Of a DNA stretch of 64,000 nt, positions 1-8,332 are shown piece after piece. Source of the stretch: a bacterium (GTDB lineage Bacteria; Electryoneota; Electryoneia; Electryoneales; Electryoneaceae); the NCBI GenBank assembly GCA_020444265.1, contig JAHLLH010000011.1, positions 26,290-90,289 on the forward strand. The letters run 5' to 3'. Position 1 is the stretch's first letter, and each line of letters begins with the position of its first letter. A program made the position numbers and the translations under genes. The notes under the pieces are model-generated. The model searched no databases and had not been told where the DNA came from. It saw only the letters and a list, made by a program, of their open reading frames with translations.

Positions 1-873
1 CTCGTGCTGCTTCGCCACTTGCTCGATTTCCTCGAGTGGGAGGAAGGTGAAGTACTTGAGGAAAGCGACGACGTCGCGGTCATCCACCCTGACCAGGTAC
101 TGGTAAAAGTCCCAGATCGAGGTCTTGTCGGTGTCGAGGTAGATGGTCCCGCCCTCGCTCTTGCCAAGCTTCTGACCGGAGGCGGTGGTCACCAGCGGGA
201 AGGTGAGGCCGTAGGAAGGTTCGCCGCCACGCCTGCGGATCAGGTCGACACCCGACACAATGTTGCCCCACTGGTCGCCGCCGCCTACCTGGAAACGGCA
301 ACCATACTCGTCGTAGAGGTGAGCGAAATCGTTCGCCTGCACCATCATGTAAGTGAACTCGGTGTAGGAGATGCCCTGGTCACGGTCTTCCAGCCTTGCA
401 CGGACCGATTCCTTCGCCATCATGTAGTTGACCGTGAACTGCTTGCCGATGGTGCGCAGCCACTCGATGATGTTAATCTTCGAGGTCCAGTCGTAATTAT
501 CAACCATCACCGCCGGGGTGTAGCCCATTGAACCATCGAAGTCGATGAACTTGGAAAAACCTTCTTTCATCGTCTCGAGGTTGCTGCGCAGCGCCTCTTC
601 GGTAAGGAAGTTGCGTTCCGCGGACTTGCCCGAGGGATCGCCGATCATCCCTGTCGCGCCGCCCATCAGCACAATCACCTTGTGGCCGGCACGTTGCAGA
701 TGCGCCAACGCAAAAGTTGGGACAAGGTTGCCGAGTTGCATTGAGGATGCGGTCGGATCGAATCCGCAATAGATAGTCCGTGGCTGGTCAAGGTGCTCGC
801 GTACGGCTTCTTCATCGGTGCACTGGTTAAAAAGGCCACGTTCTTTCAAGGTATCCAAAGCATTCTTGCTCAT
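1..873 (-). CDS. tyrS: Tyrosyl-tRNA synthetase, 3'-truncated by the window edge. The N-terminus begins MSKNALDTLKERGLF and the start codon ATG is the complement of 871-873.
   Basis: The minus-strand translation aligns along its whole length to bacterial TyrRS (CGFDPTA...GGxDQWGNI...KLGKSEGG = KMSKS-like KFGKT motif). The ORF track omitted it because there is no in-window stop. Confidence 0.9.
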   Translation of the reverse strand, partial: MSKNALDTLKERGLFNQCTDEEAVREHLDQPRTIYCGFDPTASSMQLGNLVPTFALAHLQRAGHKVIVLMGGATGMIGDPSGKSAERNFLTEEALRSNLETMKEGFSKFIDFDGSMGYTPAVMVDNYDWTSKINIIEWLRTIGKQFTVNYMMAKESVRARLEDRDQGISYTEFTYMMVQANDFAHLYDEYGCRFQVGGGDQWGNIVSGVDLIRRRGGEPSYGLTFPLVTTASGQKLGKSEGGTIYLDTDKTSIWDFYQYLVRVDDRDVVAFLKYFTFLPLEEIEQVAKQHE

Positions 874-1698
874 CGATCCACTCAGGTTGGGGAATCTTGT
901 CTTTGTATGTAGTCAACGTGCGGAAACATACGCACCACCCACGGTTGGATCAATACAAGCGTAGCCCGGGCAGCCCACCGAGGGTGACTGGTACACAACC
1001 CACCCTTCTCGGCTCATCCACATCCAACAGTCCACGAACATGAACAGGCACACTCGTTCCTGACAGAGTGTACCGGTCACCAGCTCCCACCAGGCACACC
1101 AACAGGTGACAGGTACACTCGAGACTCAGCCTTTTTAAACTCGTTTGCGCCTTCGAATCGGTAACGAATTCTCCATCCTCGCCCTGAGACCGTTTACCAG
1201 GCACCTTCTTCCCGTCCCAAAAGAGAGCCCGATCTCTCGTTGTGTCTCTCCCAAACTTCAAGCAGCACTTTCAGCATTTCTCCAGCAACGAGAAAGGGAT
1301 ACTTGCAGGTCACTCCAAATTCTTGCTATAAACCTGAAGAATAGGCCTAAAAGTTAGAGTTCATGCGGAGTTCAAGCTATCCGACCGGCTAAAGATTGGT
1401 CAACAAGAAACCGATGAAATAGTTGTGGCACATGACCCGGAAACGGGACGAAGGACAGGGTGTCCAAGGTTGGACGATGTCGACGTATCATGACGGGTGG
1501 TGCGCGAAGACAACAACCCTGATTACCGAAAGCGTTCCGGATTCATGACCATGCCCAACCAGTCGCAGCAGTAGCGTCTTCGGCGAACGCGGAGGTACCG
1601 CACAATGAAGGCGATGCTCATGAAGCGGCGCGGGAGGGATTAAACCCCAGCGTGGATTGTGAGCAAGGGCTCCGTCTTCGGTCGGTAGGCCAGGGGAA

Positions 1699-1740
1699 GC
1701 CGCCAGGAAAGGGATTACCTATTCTGGCGGCTTATTTTTG
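1699..1740 (+). terminator. Rho-independent terminator on the plus strand at the end of a ~1 kb non-coding region
   Basis: GCCGCCAG-N-CTGGCGGC hairpin followed by TTATTTTT. There is no plus-strand CDS upstream, which suggests an ncRNA or leader transcript. Confidence 0.45.
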
Positions 1741-1897
1741 TACCTGAAAACCATGACAAAGCGTTGCACTGCGCCAACAAAGCAAATCCTGCGAATCCCA
1801 TTCTCTATCCCATCCATGACCAGCCTATGGCCAAACAGAGTAAACCCCGGCATCCAACTGCCGGGGTCAGGAAACGCTGAACCATCCATCCTCTACC

Positions 1898-3868
1898 CTA
1901 CTTCACGAGCACAAGCCGACGTTGATGCACTTGGCCGTAAGCTTCGAGACGCAGGAGATACACGCCACTCGCAAAGTTGCTACCGTTGATCGAGATGTGG
2001 TGAACACCGGCGGGCAAAACACCCTGGTTCAGGTTTGCCACCTGCTGGCCGAGCATGTTGTACAGCCCCGCACGTACCTCTTCATGGACCGGAATGGCGA
2101 GGGTGACACGTGTCATGCTGTTAAAGGGGTTGGGCGCGACGGCGAGGTAGATCTGGTATGGAAGGGGATCCGATTCCGCCGCATCCCCATGCAATCGAGA
2201 GAGGTATACCTTTTTCCCCTGCGCAATGTCTTCGGTTCCATCATTATCAAAGTCAAAGCAATAGGTTCCACTGTAAAAGCCAACATCCTCTGGCAAAGCT
2301 CCTGGCTCCTGGTCGAAGACCCTTTCCCCATCCCGCTCCTCATTCAGCAGCAGTTGGCTGAAGCTGCCCACCGTATAAATCAGGTCTGCATCGCCATCAC
2401 CATCCACATCGCCAAAAACGCGATTTCCTGTCCCCAACTGGAGGATGGTCGAAGCTAGGTTGTCGTTACGGTCCCAGAAGCGGCTGCCATCTTCTTCGGC
2501 CCCGCCCATATAGATCATCCAGTTGTTCTCGCGGAAAAACATGTAATCCACATAACCGTTCCCATCGAGATCATGCCCCTGGATGTTCCAGGGCGTGCTG
2601 AAGAGGTTCAGCGGGAACAGGGTTTCATCCGGGACATAGAACGGTTCATCTTCGCTGCCATCATTGCGAAAAGCTGTCATTTCGCCGGGATTTGTGATGA
2701 CCAGCAGGTCCAGCACCCCATCCCCGTTCATATCGTCGAAAATGCTCCCGGTTCGAGGAGTTGTTCCTCCTGTGCCGTACTCATCGGAGAGGATGTACCC
2801 TGCCCACCAGGTTGTCTGGAATCCGATGTCAGTCAGTTCCCCCGTGCGGTAGGTCCAGTGGTACCCAGTCGCCTCGTACCATGTGGGGCGATTGATGGTA
2901 CGAATGCTACCATCTGCGGTATGGTGAATCGCATCGGGTAGCCCGGAAATGAAGATTGTGGGATCATGCCACTGAAAGTGTGAAGGCTCAACCGCCTTCG
3001 CGTACCCGTTGACAAAGGCGAGGTCAAGTTCTTCATCACCATCCAGATCAACCGGGATCGCCTCTCCTTGCCAGGCAGGTAACGTTCTCAACTCTTGAAA
3101 ATAGGTACCCTGATTTACGAGAAGCTGATAGCTGTAATACTCGTTCTGATTGCTGTTGGTGAGGATGCAGTCTGTATCGCCATCACCATCGAGATCCGCC
3201 ACACGGATGGCCATGGCATTGACTGGCGGGTCAAATTCCATCAGCGTACGCTGGTATATCCATTCCTCAGCAGTTTCGTCCCATTCATAGTGAATCAAGC
3301 CTGTCTGGTACAGATAGAGCAAATCGACCAGATCATCGCCATCAACATTTCCCGTGCCTATCCCATAGGGAGGTTGTACTTCAATGGTTCGGGGAACAAA
3401 GTTGATGGAGGTTTGCCAGTCCGGGTTCTCGAGGGTGCCAAAATTCACCCAGATAGATGCACCACCATCTGGACTTATGAACATGAGCTGGGGACCATCA
3501 TGGTAGGGATTCCACTGGCCGAAAAAGATTTGGTAGGCCGAGATGGGAGCATTGATCCCGGCGAAGTGGTCCTGATCTTCGGTCCATCCGGTAATATTTC
3601 CGGACTCGTTCCACTGAGGGATCAGACGCAGCACCGTGCCATCCGATTCGAGCATCACCCAGGAGAGTTCATTCTGCGGACCTGGGTCATAGATCGACCA
3701 GACGGCGGTAATGATATTGTCAACAGGATACCCGGTAGGATTGAGGTAGCTGGTGTCCACCTCCCATTCCCAGGCTTGGACGAATTGTGGTATCAGAAGG
3801 ATCAATACGGCTAGCAGCATCAGGAATAAACGTCTCATCTCCCCCTCCGTATCTGATTTGAACTCCAT
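1898..3868 (-). CDS. Secreted FG-GAP/VCBS repeat protein with a T9SS C-terminal sorting domain
   Basis: Signal peptide MRRLFLMLLAVLILL. There are repeated DxDGDGxxD calcium-binding FG-GAP-like motifs (DLDGDGDTD, DMNGDGVLD, DLDGNGYVD, GDVDGDGDAD). The C-terminal tail ends SGVYLLRLEAYGQ...VLVK, typical of the Por_Secre_tail. Confidence 0.8.
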   Translation of the reverse strand: MEFKSDTEGEMRRLFLMLLAVLILLIPQFVQAWEWEVDTSYLNPTGYPVDNIITAVWSIYDPGPQNELSWVMLESDGTVLRLIPQWNESGNITGWTEDQDHFAGINAPISAYQIFFGQWNPYHDGPQLMFISPDGGASIWVNFGTLENPDWQTSINFVPRTIEVQPPYGIGTGNVDGDDLVDLLYLYQTGLIHYEWDETAEEWIYQRTLMEFDPPVNAMAIRVADLDGDGDTDCILTNSNQNEYYSYQLLVNQGTYFQELRTLPAWQGEAIPVDLDGDEELDLAFVNGYAKAVEPSHFQWHDPTIFISGLPDAIHHTADGSIRTINRPTWYEATGYHWTYRTGELTDIGFQTTWWAGYILSDEYGTGGTTPRTGSIFDDMNGDGVLDLLVITNPGEMTAFRNDGSEDEPFYVPDETLFPLNLFSTPWNIQGHDLDGNGYVDYMFFRENNWMIYMGGAEEDGSRFWDRNDNLASTILQLGTGNRVFGDVDGDGDADLIYTVGSFSQLLLNEERDGERVFDQEPGALPEDVGFYSGTYCFDFDNDGTEDIAQGKKVYLSRLHGDAAESDPLPYQIYLAVAPNPFNSMTRVTLAIPVHEEVRAGLYNMLGQQVANLNQGVLPAGVHHISINGSNFASGVYLLRLEAYGQVHQRRLVLVK

Positions 3869-4110
3869 GTCATTGCAACAACCATTCCCTAAACCCAGGC
3901 CTCACTTGCATGTTCGCAATGGCTTGTGATTCCGTTACTTCAAAAGTAAGCATACAACAATCAGCCCATCAAATGCTTCTCAATGATGCAGATGCTGCAT
4001 ACTCATGCACAGTAAACGGGGCGCATGGTACCATTCGATCCTTCCACGCTTGATTCCGGTCCCATTCTGCGCTACCCTTCAACGATTCGGCAGGTTACAC
4101 GAGGGCTGTC

Positions 4111-5061
4111 ATGAGCCGTTACCCGGAAGTAGATCTCTCAAAGGTACGTACCTATTCCGCTACAAGCCGTCCATCAAAAGTGAAAACGGATGAGGTGGCC
4201 ACGCCCCCGCGAGCGGGCATGACCATGCGTGACTTCCTCGATGGCTTGCCTCGTATCCTCAAAGCGGACGACCTCAAAGCGGTCGCGAAAGCGGTGGTTG
4301 AGGCGAAAAAAGCGGGCAAGCCAGTCGTGGCGATGCTCGGCGGTCATGTGATTAAAACCGGCTGCGCCCCCATCCTCGCCGACCTCGCCAGGCAGGGCTT
4401 CATACACCACTTTGCCAGCAACGGCGCGGCAGCGATCCATGATACCGAATTGGCTCGATTTGGCCATACCTCAGAAGATGTCGCCGCCCAACTCGAGGAT
4501 GGTTCATTCGGGATGGCGGATGATACTGCCGGCATGGTCAATGCAGCAGCCCGTCATGCGCAAGCTCGAGGCGAAGGTTTCGGCGAAGCGGTCGGCGCAC
4601 TATTAGTCGAAGAGCAAGGGCCCTACCTGGACCGTGCCCTACTCGCCACTGCCTGGAACATCGGTATTCCCTACACCCTCCATGTGGCGATGGGCACCGA
4701 TATTGTCCATCAGCATCCGACCGCCGATGGCGCGGCCATCGGGGATGCCAGCCTGCGCGATTTTCGTATCTTTGCTGCGACCGTGGCCAAGCTTGGGCAC
4801 GGCGGGGTGGTGCTGAATTTTGGCAGTGCAGTGGTGATGCCGGAGGTCTTCCTGAAAGCGCTTGCCGTGGCTCGCAACCTCGGACATGAGGTGGTCGATT
4901 TCACTACCGCCAATTTTGACATGCTGCAGCATTATCGCCCCACGGTCAATGTGGTCCACCGCCCGGTGTTACCCGGCGGCAAAGGTTACTCAATCACCGG
5001 GCATCACGAGATCATGATCCCGTTGCTGGCGGCAGCAGTTCTGGAAGAGGCAGAGGGCTAA
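4111..5061 (+). CDS. Deoxyhypusine synthase-like (DHS family) protein, putative
   Basis: Pattern similarity to the DHS fold: LGGHVIKTGxxxIxxL ~ LGYTSNLISSGxxxIxxL, SNGAAAIHDTEL ~ TTAGGVEEDLIK, and IPYTLHVAMGTD ~ IPVFSPALTDGS. The call is moderate because it rests on memory-based alignment only. Confidence 0.45.
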   Translation: MSRYPEVDLSKVRTYSATSRPSKVKTDEVATPPRAGMTMRDFLDGLPRILKADDLKAVAKAVVEAKKAGKPVVAMLGGHVIKTGCAPILADLARQGFIHHFASNGAAAIHDTELARFGHTSEDVAAQLEDGSFGMADDTAGMVNAAARHAQARGEGFGEAVGALLVEEQGPYLDRALLATAWNIGIPYTLHVAMGTDIVHQHPTADGAAIGDASLRDFRIFAATVAKLGHGGVVLNFGSAVVMPEVFLKALAVARNLGHEVVDFTTANFDMLQHYRPTVNVVHRPVLPGGKGYSITGHHEIMIPLLAAAVLEEAEG

Positions 5062-5091
5062 TACAGGGGGATTGCTTCGGCGCATTGTGCC

Positions 5092-5388
5092 GTGCAAAAA
5101 ATCATGGACCATCCAGCGAAAAAATTCGACCGGTCATGGCTGGACGAGGCAACCTACCGGACCCTCGGCCACTATGCGATGATCCTCCACCTCGACCCGG
5201 AGTCCTACAAGAAAGGGGACCGTTTCCCCGACTGGGCGAAACGGTGCGATGTCGTTGTCAGCGAAATGGATGAAGGCGGTGCGGTTGCCAAGCGCCTTGA
5301 AGATGGCGCGAGCTACTTCATCACCCCCGAACAATACACCGCGCTCTGCGCCGAACTGGCAGCTCTGAGTCCGGAGGGTGAGGGATGA
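5092..5388 (+). CDS. Small hypothetical protein (98 aa) between the DHS-like and GtrA genes. Its stop overlaps the gtrA start (ATGA).
   Basis: The ORF fits in-operon, with 4-bp overlap translational coupling to the next gene. No recognisable domain. Confidence 0.4.
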   Translation: MQKIMDHPAKKFDRSWLDEATYRTLGHYAMILHLDPESYKKGDRFPDWAKRCDVVVSEMDEGGAVAKRLEDGASYFITPEQYTALCAELAALSPEGEG

Positions 5389-5867
5389 TCAATCTGGTGA
5401 AACGGATCGGGAAGTTCGGCCTGGTCGGTATCCTGGGAGTGGCAGTCAATTTCGGCCTCTTCATCCTCTTCCGTGATGCCCTCGATATTCCCGACTTTTT
5501 CGCCAAATCCCTCGCGATTGAACTTTCCATCCTGCACAATTTCGCCTGGAATTTCGCCTGGACCTGGGCAGACCGTGGCCGCAGTTTCAAAATCCTCTGG
5601 CAACGGCTGCTGAAGTACCATGGCAGCACCTTCATCGCATCGTTCGTCATCACGATTGCCGTCAGCTATGCCATGCGCTGGTGGGTGGTCGGGCACGTCG
5701 ATTGGGACAACTTCCTGAGTCATTTCCTTATCCCCAGCCTGGGGCAGGAACGATGGGTCGCCTACATCTCCTACCTGATGGGGATTGGTGCGGGTATGAT
5801 CGCCAACTTCATCATGGCGGATCGATGGGTTTTTCGAGTGGCGAAACCGGTGGACGACGAGGACTAG
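5385..5867 (+). CDS. GtrA-family membrane protein (polysaccharide synthesis/glycosylation-associated)
   Basis: GtrA signatures: N-terminal FGLVGILGVAVNFGLF, and NFxxN motifs (LHNFAWNFAWTW, ANFIMADRWVF). The protein has four TM helices and is ~160 aa. Confidence 0.75.
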   Translation: MINLVKRIGKFGLVGILGVAVNFGLFILFRDALDIPDFFAKSLAIELSILHNFAWNFAWTWADRGRSFKILWQRLLKYHGSTFIASFVITIAVSYAMRWWVVGHVDWDNFLSHFLIPSLGQERWVAYISYLMGIGAGMIANFIMADRWVFRVAKPVDDED

Positions 5868-5881
5868 CAGTTGGCAGGTGC

Positions 5882-5910
5882 CCCGGCTTGGCTCGCAAGC
5901 CTGGTTTTTG
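5882..5910 (+). terminator. Intrinsic terminator after the GtrA gene
   Basis: CCCGGCTTGG-CTCG-CAAGCCTGG hairpin followed by TTTTT. Confidence 0.55.
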
Positions 5911-6056
5911 TAACCAGTTCATCAGATCGTACCCTATCGCGCCCTCGGCGCGATGGTGTTCCTCCGAGACTGCTGCAGATATGCACCTCAGGTGACCTGG
6001 GGCTTGCCCCGGGTATCCTATCCGTCTGATTGACCATCAATCGTGGCCACCCTACG

Positions 6057-6099
6057 GTGCTGACATGCAAGCTTGGGTGGCGGGGCACCCAAGCCACGG
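6057..6099. repeat. Copy A of a conserved ~45-bp hairpin element (GTGCTGAYATGYAARC-TTGGGTG-GCGGGG-CACCCAAG-CCACGG); copy B is at 61026-61070
   Basis: There are two near-identical copies in the window. The stem arms differ by compensatory changes (CTTGGGTG/CACCCAAG versus CGTGGGTG/CACCCACG). Confidence 0.5.
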
Positions 6100-6106
6100 T
6101 TACCCC

Positions 6107-6493
6107 CTACTCCCCGCCCGGCACATCCGTCTTTGTGCCACGCACCCATGCCAGATAATCCGGCAGGCCATGTTCGACTTCGAGGGCGATGAATTCCGGA
6201 AGGTCATAGGGATGCAACTCGAGGACTCGTTTCTCCAGGCCTACCAGGTTGCGTGAAGCCGTCTTGATGATCAGCAGTTCCTCGCTGTCACGGCAGAGCT
6301 TGCCCTCCCACATATAAGTCGAGGAGGTCAACGGTACCCGATTAACACAGGCCGCCAGCCCTTCCTGCACCAGGGCATCCGCTAAAACACGACCCACTGC
6401 CTGCTCCCCATCATCCGCGACAGGAACCGTCACCAACACTACATGTACACCCGACGGCATCTTGCTTCCCGGCTGCATCCCCTCCTCCTTCAT
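6107..6493 (-). CDS. cutA: Divalent-cation tolerance protein CutA. The likely true start is the internal Met near 6460.
   Basis: The CutA1 fold signature is present: VHVVLVTVP...EELLIIKT...LHPYDLPEFIALEVEHGLPDYLAWV. Confidence 0.8.
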   Translation of the reverse strand: MKEEGMQPGSKMPSGVHVVLVTVPVADDGEQAVGRVLADALVQEGLAACVNRVPLTSSTYMWEGKLCRDSEELLIIKTASRNLVGLEKRVLELHPYDLPEFIALEVEHGLPDYLAWVRGTKTDVPGGE

Positions 6494-6573
6494 CGATGAT
6501 ACTCGTCCCGGTAAAGTAAAACACCGGAAGACGAATCGCCTTCCGGTGTAGGGAAATCAAAATATCAGCGGGG

Positions 6574-7353
6574 TCAACGGCCCATCTTTTTCTTGTTCAT
6601 CGGGATCGGCTTCCATCCGTCCGCCGTCATTACCATGAGGTGCGTGTCCACCATGCCTACCGTACTAAAGGCGTGCTCTTCCTGGCGGCGCTTTGACTGC
6701 GGCATCGACATCGAAACGAGCGGAGTGACCGGCTTACGCTTCTGGGTCTGCTCCTGAAGCGAAACCTTCGGGGCTTCGCCACGGTGGCGCGGGATGTGCA
6801 GTACTGGACGGCGTTCCTTGCGGATGGTGCTGTACTTCTGTTGCACCTGTTGACGGGTCAAACCAAAATGCTCCGCCATCGCATCGGGACCGAGATCCTC
6901 ATAATGTTGCAACAGAAAGTTCTCGTCCTCTTCGGTCCAGCGACGTGGACCGACCTGAAGCTGTTCTGCCTCGCTGACACCCTTATCCGGCACCAACTCC
7001 GCAGCCTTGTGCTTGATCTTGCCGTACTTGACACGGACCGCTTTTTTGGTCACGGAGAAGTGACGGGCCAGCTCATCCAGGCTCATCGTGTTGTAGTTGG
7101 CCAACAGGTACCGTTCATCATCCTCGCTCCACTTGCGTGGACCACGGGGCTGGCTTCCCGGCGCAGGGGTCGGCGGCTCTTCCGGTGCCTTCTTCGCAAG
7201 GGTGTGGAAATCGGGACGGTCCCTCAGCTTTCCGTACTTGACACGGACTGCTTTTTTACTGACCGCGAACTGTTTCGCCAGTTCTTCGATCGGAACCTTG
7301 TTGTAGTTGGCGACGAGATAGGCTTCGTCTTCCGGTGTCCATTTCTTGGGCAT
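6574..7353 (-). CDS. Protein with three tandem Myb/SANT-like HTH repeats; putative DNA-binding protein
   Basis: There are three ~40-aa repeats: KKWTPEDEAYLVANYNKVPIEELAKQFAVSKKAVRVKYGKL, RKWSEDDERYLLANYNTMSLDELARHFSVTKKAVRVKYGKI and RRWTEEDENFLLQHYEDLGPDAMAEHFGLTRQQVQQKYSTI. These match the Myb pattern K-x-W-T-x-E-E-D-x-x-L...A...R-x-x-(W/Y). Confidence 0.6.
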   Translation of the reverse strand: MPKKWTPEDEAYLVANYNKVPIEELAKQFAVSKKAVRVKYGKLRDRPDFHTLAKKAPEEPPTPAPGSQPRGPRKWSEDDERYLLANYNTMSLDELARHFSVTKKAVRVKYGKIKHKAAELVPDKGVSEAEQLQVGPRRWTEEDENFLLQHYEDLGPDAMAEHFGLTRQQVQQKYSTIRKERRPVLHIPRHRGEAPKVSLQEQTQKRKPVTPLVSMSMPQSKRRQEEHAFSTVGMVDTHLMVMTADGWKPIPMNKKKMGR

Positions 7354-7570
7354 GCTTCAGCTCTCCAAATCGGGTTGTTCACGAGCGGCTAAGATAGGCT
7401 CCCGGAGGATTTACAAGGAGTATTTCTGGGCTCGGGGAGCCTCCTCCTGGAGCAAAGACCGGCTGGCGAAGATACAGATTCCAAGCTCTCTGTACGACCA
7501 CTCGAACCTTTGTGAGCGCTCGGTTCGAGCTGTTCTCGCTCCACCCACTTGACTCCAGCCAGCAAACCTC

Positions 7571-7628
7571 GTACGTTGAGTACGTGGAAACGAAAAGCCT
7601 TTATTCGTTTTTTCGTGTTTTCGTTTCC
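7571..7628. promoter_or_regulatory. Candidate operator(s) upstream of the TetR gene: palindrome CGTAC-GTTGA-GTACG (7571-7585), and a perfect 11-bp inverted repeat GGAAACGAAAA...TTTTCGTTTCC (7586-7596 / 7618-7628)
   Basis: Perfect inverted repeats lie 50-110 bp upstream of the tetR start. TetR regulators typically autoregulate through palindromic operators. Confidence 0.3.
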
Positions 7629-7678
7629 AGTGAAAGCGATATCCGACAGGACTTCAGCAGGGAGAGGGAAGAGGTATC

Positions 7679-8332
7679 ATGGCGGTAACCAAGCCAAAAG
7701 ACGTGGGCATGACAGATGAGGAACTGGCACGACGTGAGGAAAAACGTCAGCAGTTCTACGAGGCGGCTGAACCTCTTTTTGAACGGTTCGGGTTTAAAAA
7801 GACCACCGTCGAAGAAATCTGCCGAGACGCCGGTGCATCAAAACGGACCTTCTACGAATTGTTCAACGACAAAGGCGACCTCGCGCAGAACCTGATGTTG
7901 CATGTCGGTTTTGACATGTTCCGTCAGTTTAACGCGAAGGTGAAGGTCGGGATGTCTTCCCTCGACAAGCTGGACCTGATCATCGTCGAGTATGTAAACA
8001 TGGGACGGAGCCACAAGATCTTTCACATCCTGATGAAAGACCCCGACTTATTCGCATCCATGGGTGAACATGCGAACGAGTTGCAGTTTCGTCACATGAT
8101 CGAAGCGATGAAGCAGGTGCTGGATGAAGGAATTGAGCGTGGTGATTTTCGTACTCTGGATTCCGATGCCGCCACCTGGATGATATTTTCACTATTGGAC
8201 AGCATGTACTACCTCATCCCCGAATTTCAGATGGGGGTGGGCGCGTTCGAGGATCAACACCTCGCACGTGAGATCCGGGACTTTCTGATGCATGCCATCG
8301 TTCACCCGGACAAAGTGCGCGAATTGTCGTGA
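7679..8332 (+). CDS. TetR/AcrR-family transcriptional regulator
   Basis: N-terminal TetR HTH: TTVEEICRDAGASKRTFYELFNDKGDL. Confidence 0.85.
   Translation: MAVTKPKDVGMTDEELARREEKRQQFYEAAEPLFERFGFKKTTVEEICRDAGASKRTFYELFNDKGDLAQNLMLHVGFDMFRQFNAKVKVGMSSLDKLDLIIVEYVNMGRSHKIFHILMKDPDLFASMGEHANELQFRHMIEAMKQVLDEGIERGDFRTLDSDAATWMIFSLLDSMYYLIPEFQMGVGAFEDQHLAREIRDFLMHAIVHPDKVRELS

Noticed and set aside
4-531. Plus-strand ORF of 175 aa at the start of the window
   Set aside because: It is antisense to the minus-strand frame that matches tyrosyl-tRNA synthetase along its full length. Its own product is compositionally biased with no motifs.
1100-1200. tRNA-like T-loop sequence (TTCGAATC near 1150) and possible tRNA/tmRNA/RNase P in the 874-1897 non-coding region
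   Set aside because: No complementary T-stem or acceptor stem could be drawn around the TTCGAATC. The conserved RNase P (GGAAAGUCCGGGCUCC, ACAGAACCCGGCUUA), tmRNA (tag reading frame, 3' CCA acceptor) and SRP (GUCCGGAAGGAAGCAGC) motifs were not found. The region remains unassigned and is reported only as a finding.
5864-6097. ORF beginning MAWVPRHPSLHVST, with a look-alike ORF at 60476-61066 beginning MAWVPRHPRLHIST
   Set aside because: The shared N-terminus is the translation of the repeated ~45-bp hairpin element (copies A and B). The remaining sequences are unrelated, and one overlaps the PEGA gene antisense. This is a repeat artefact, not a gene family.
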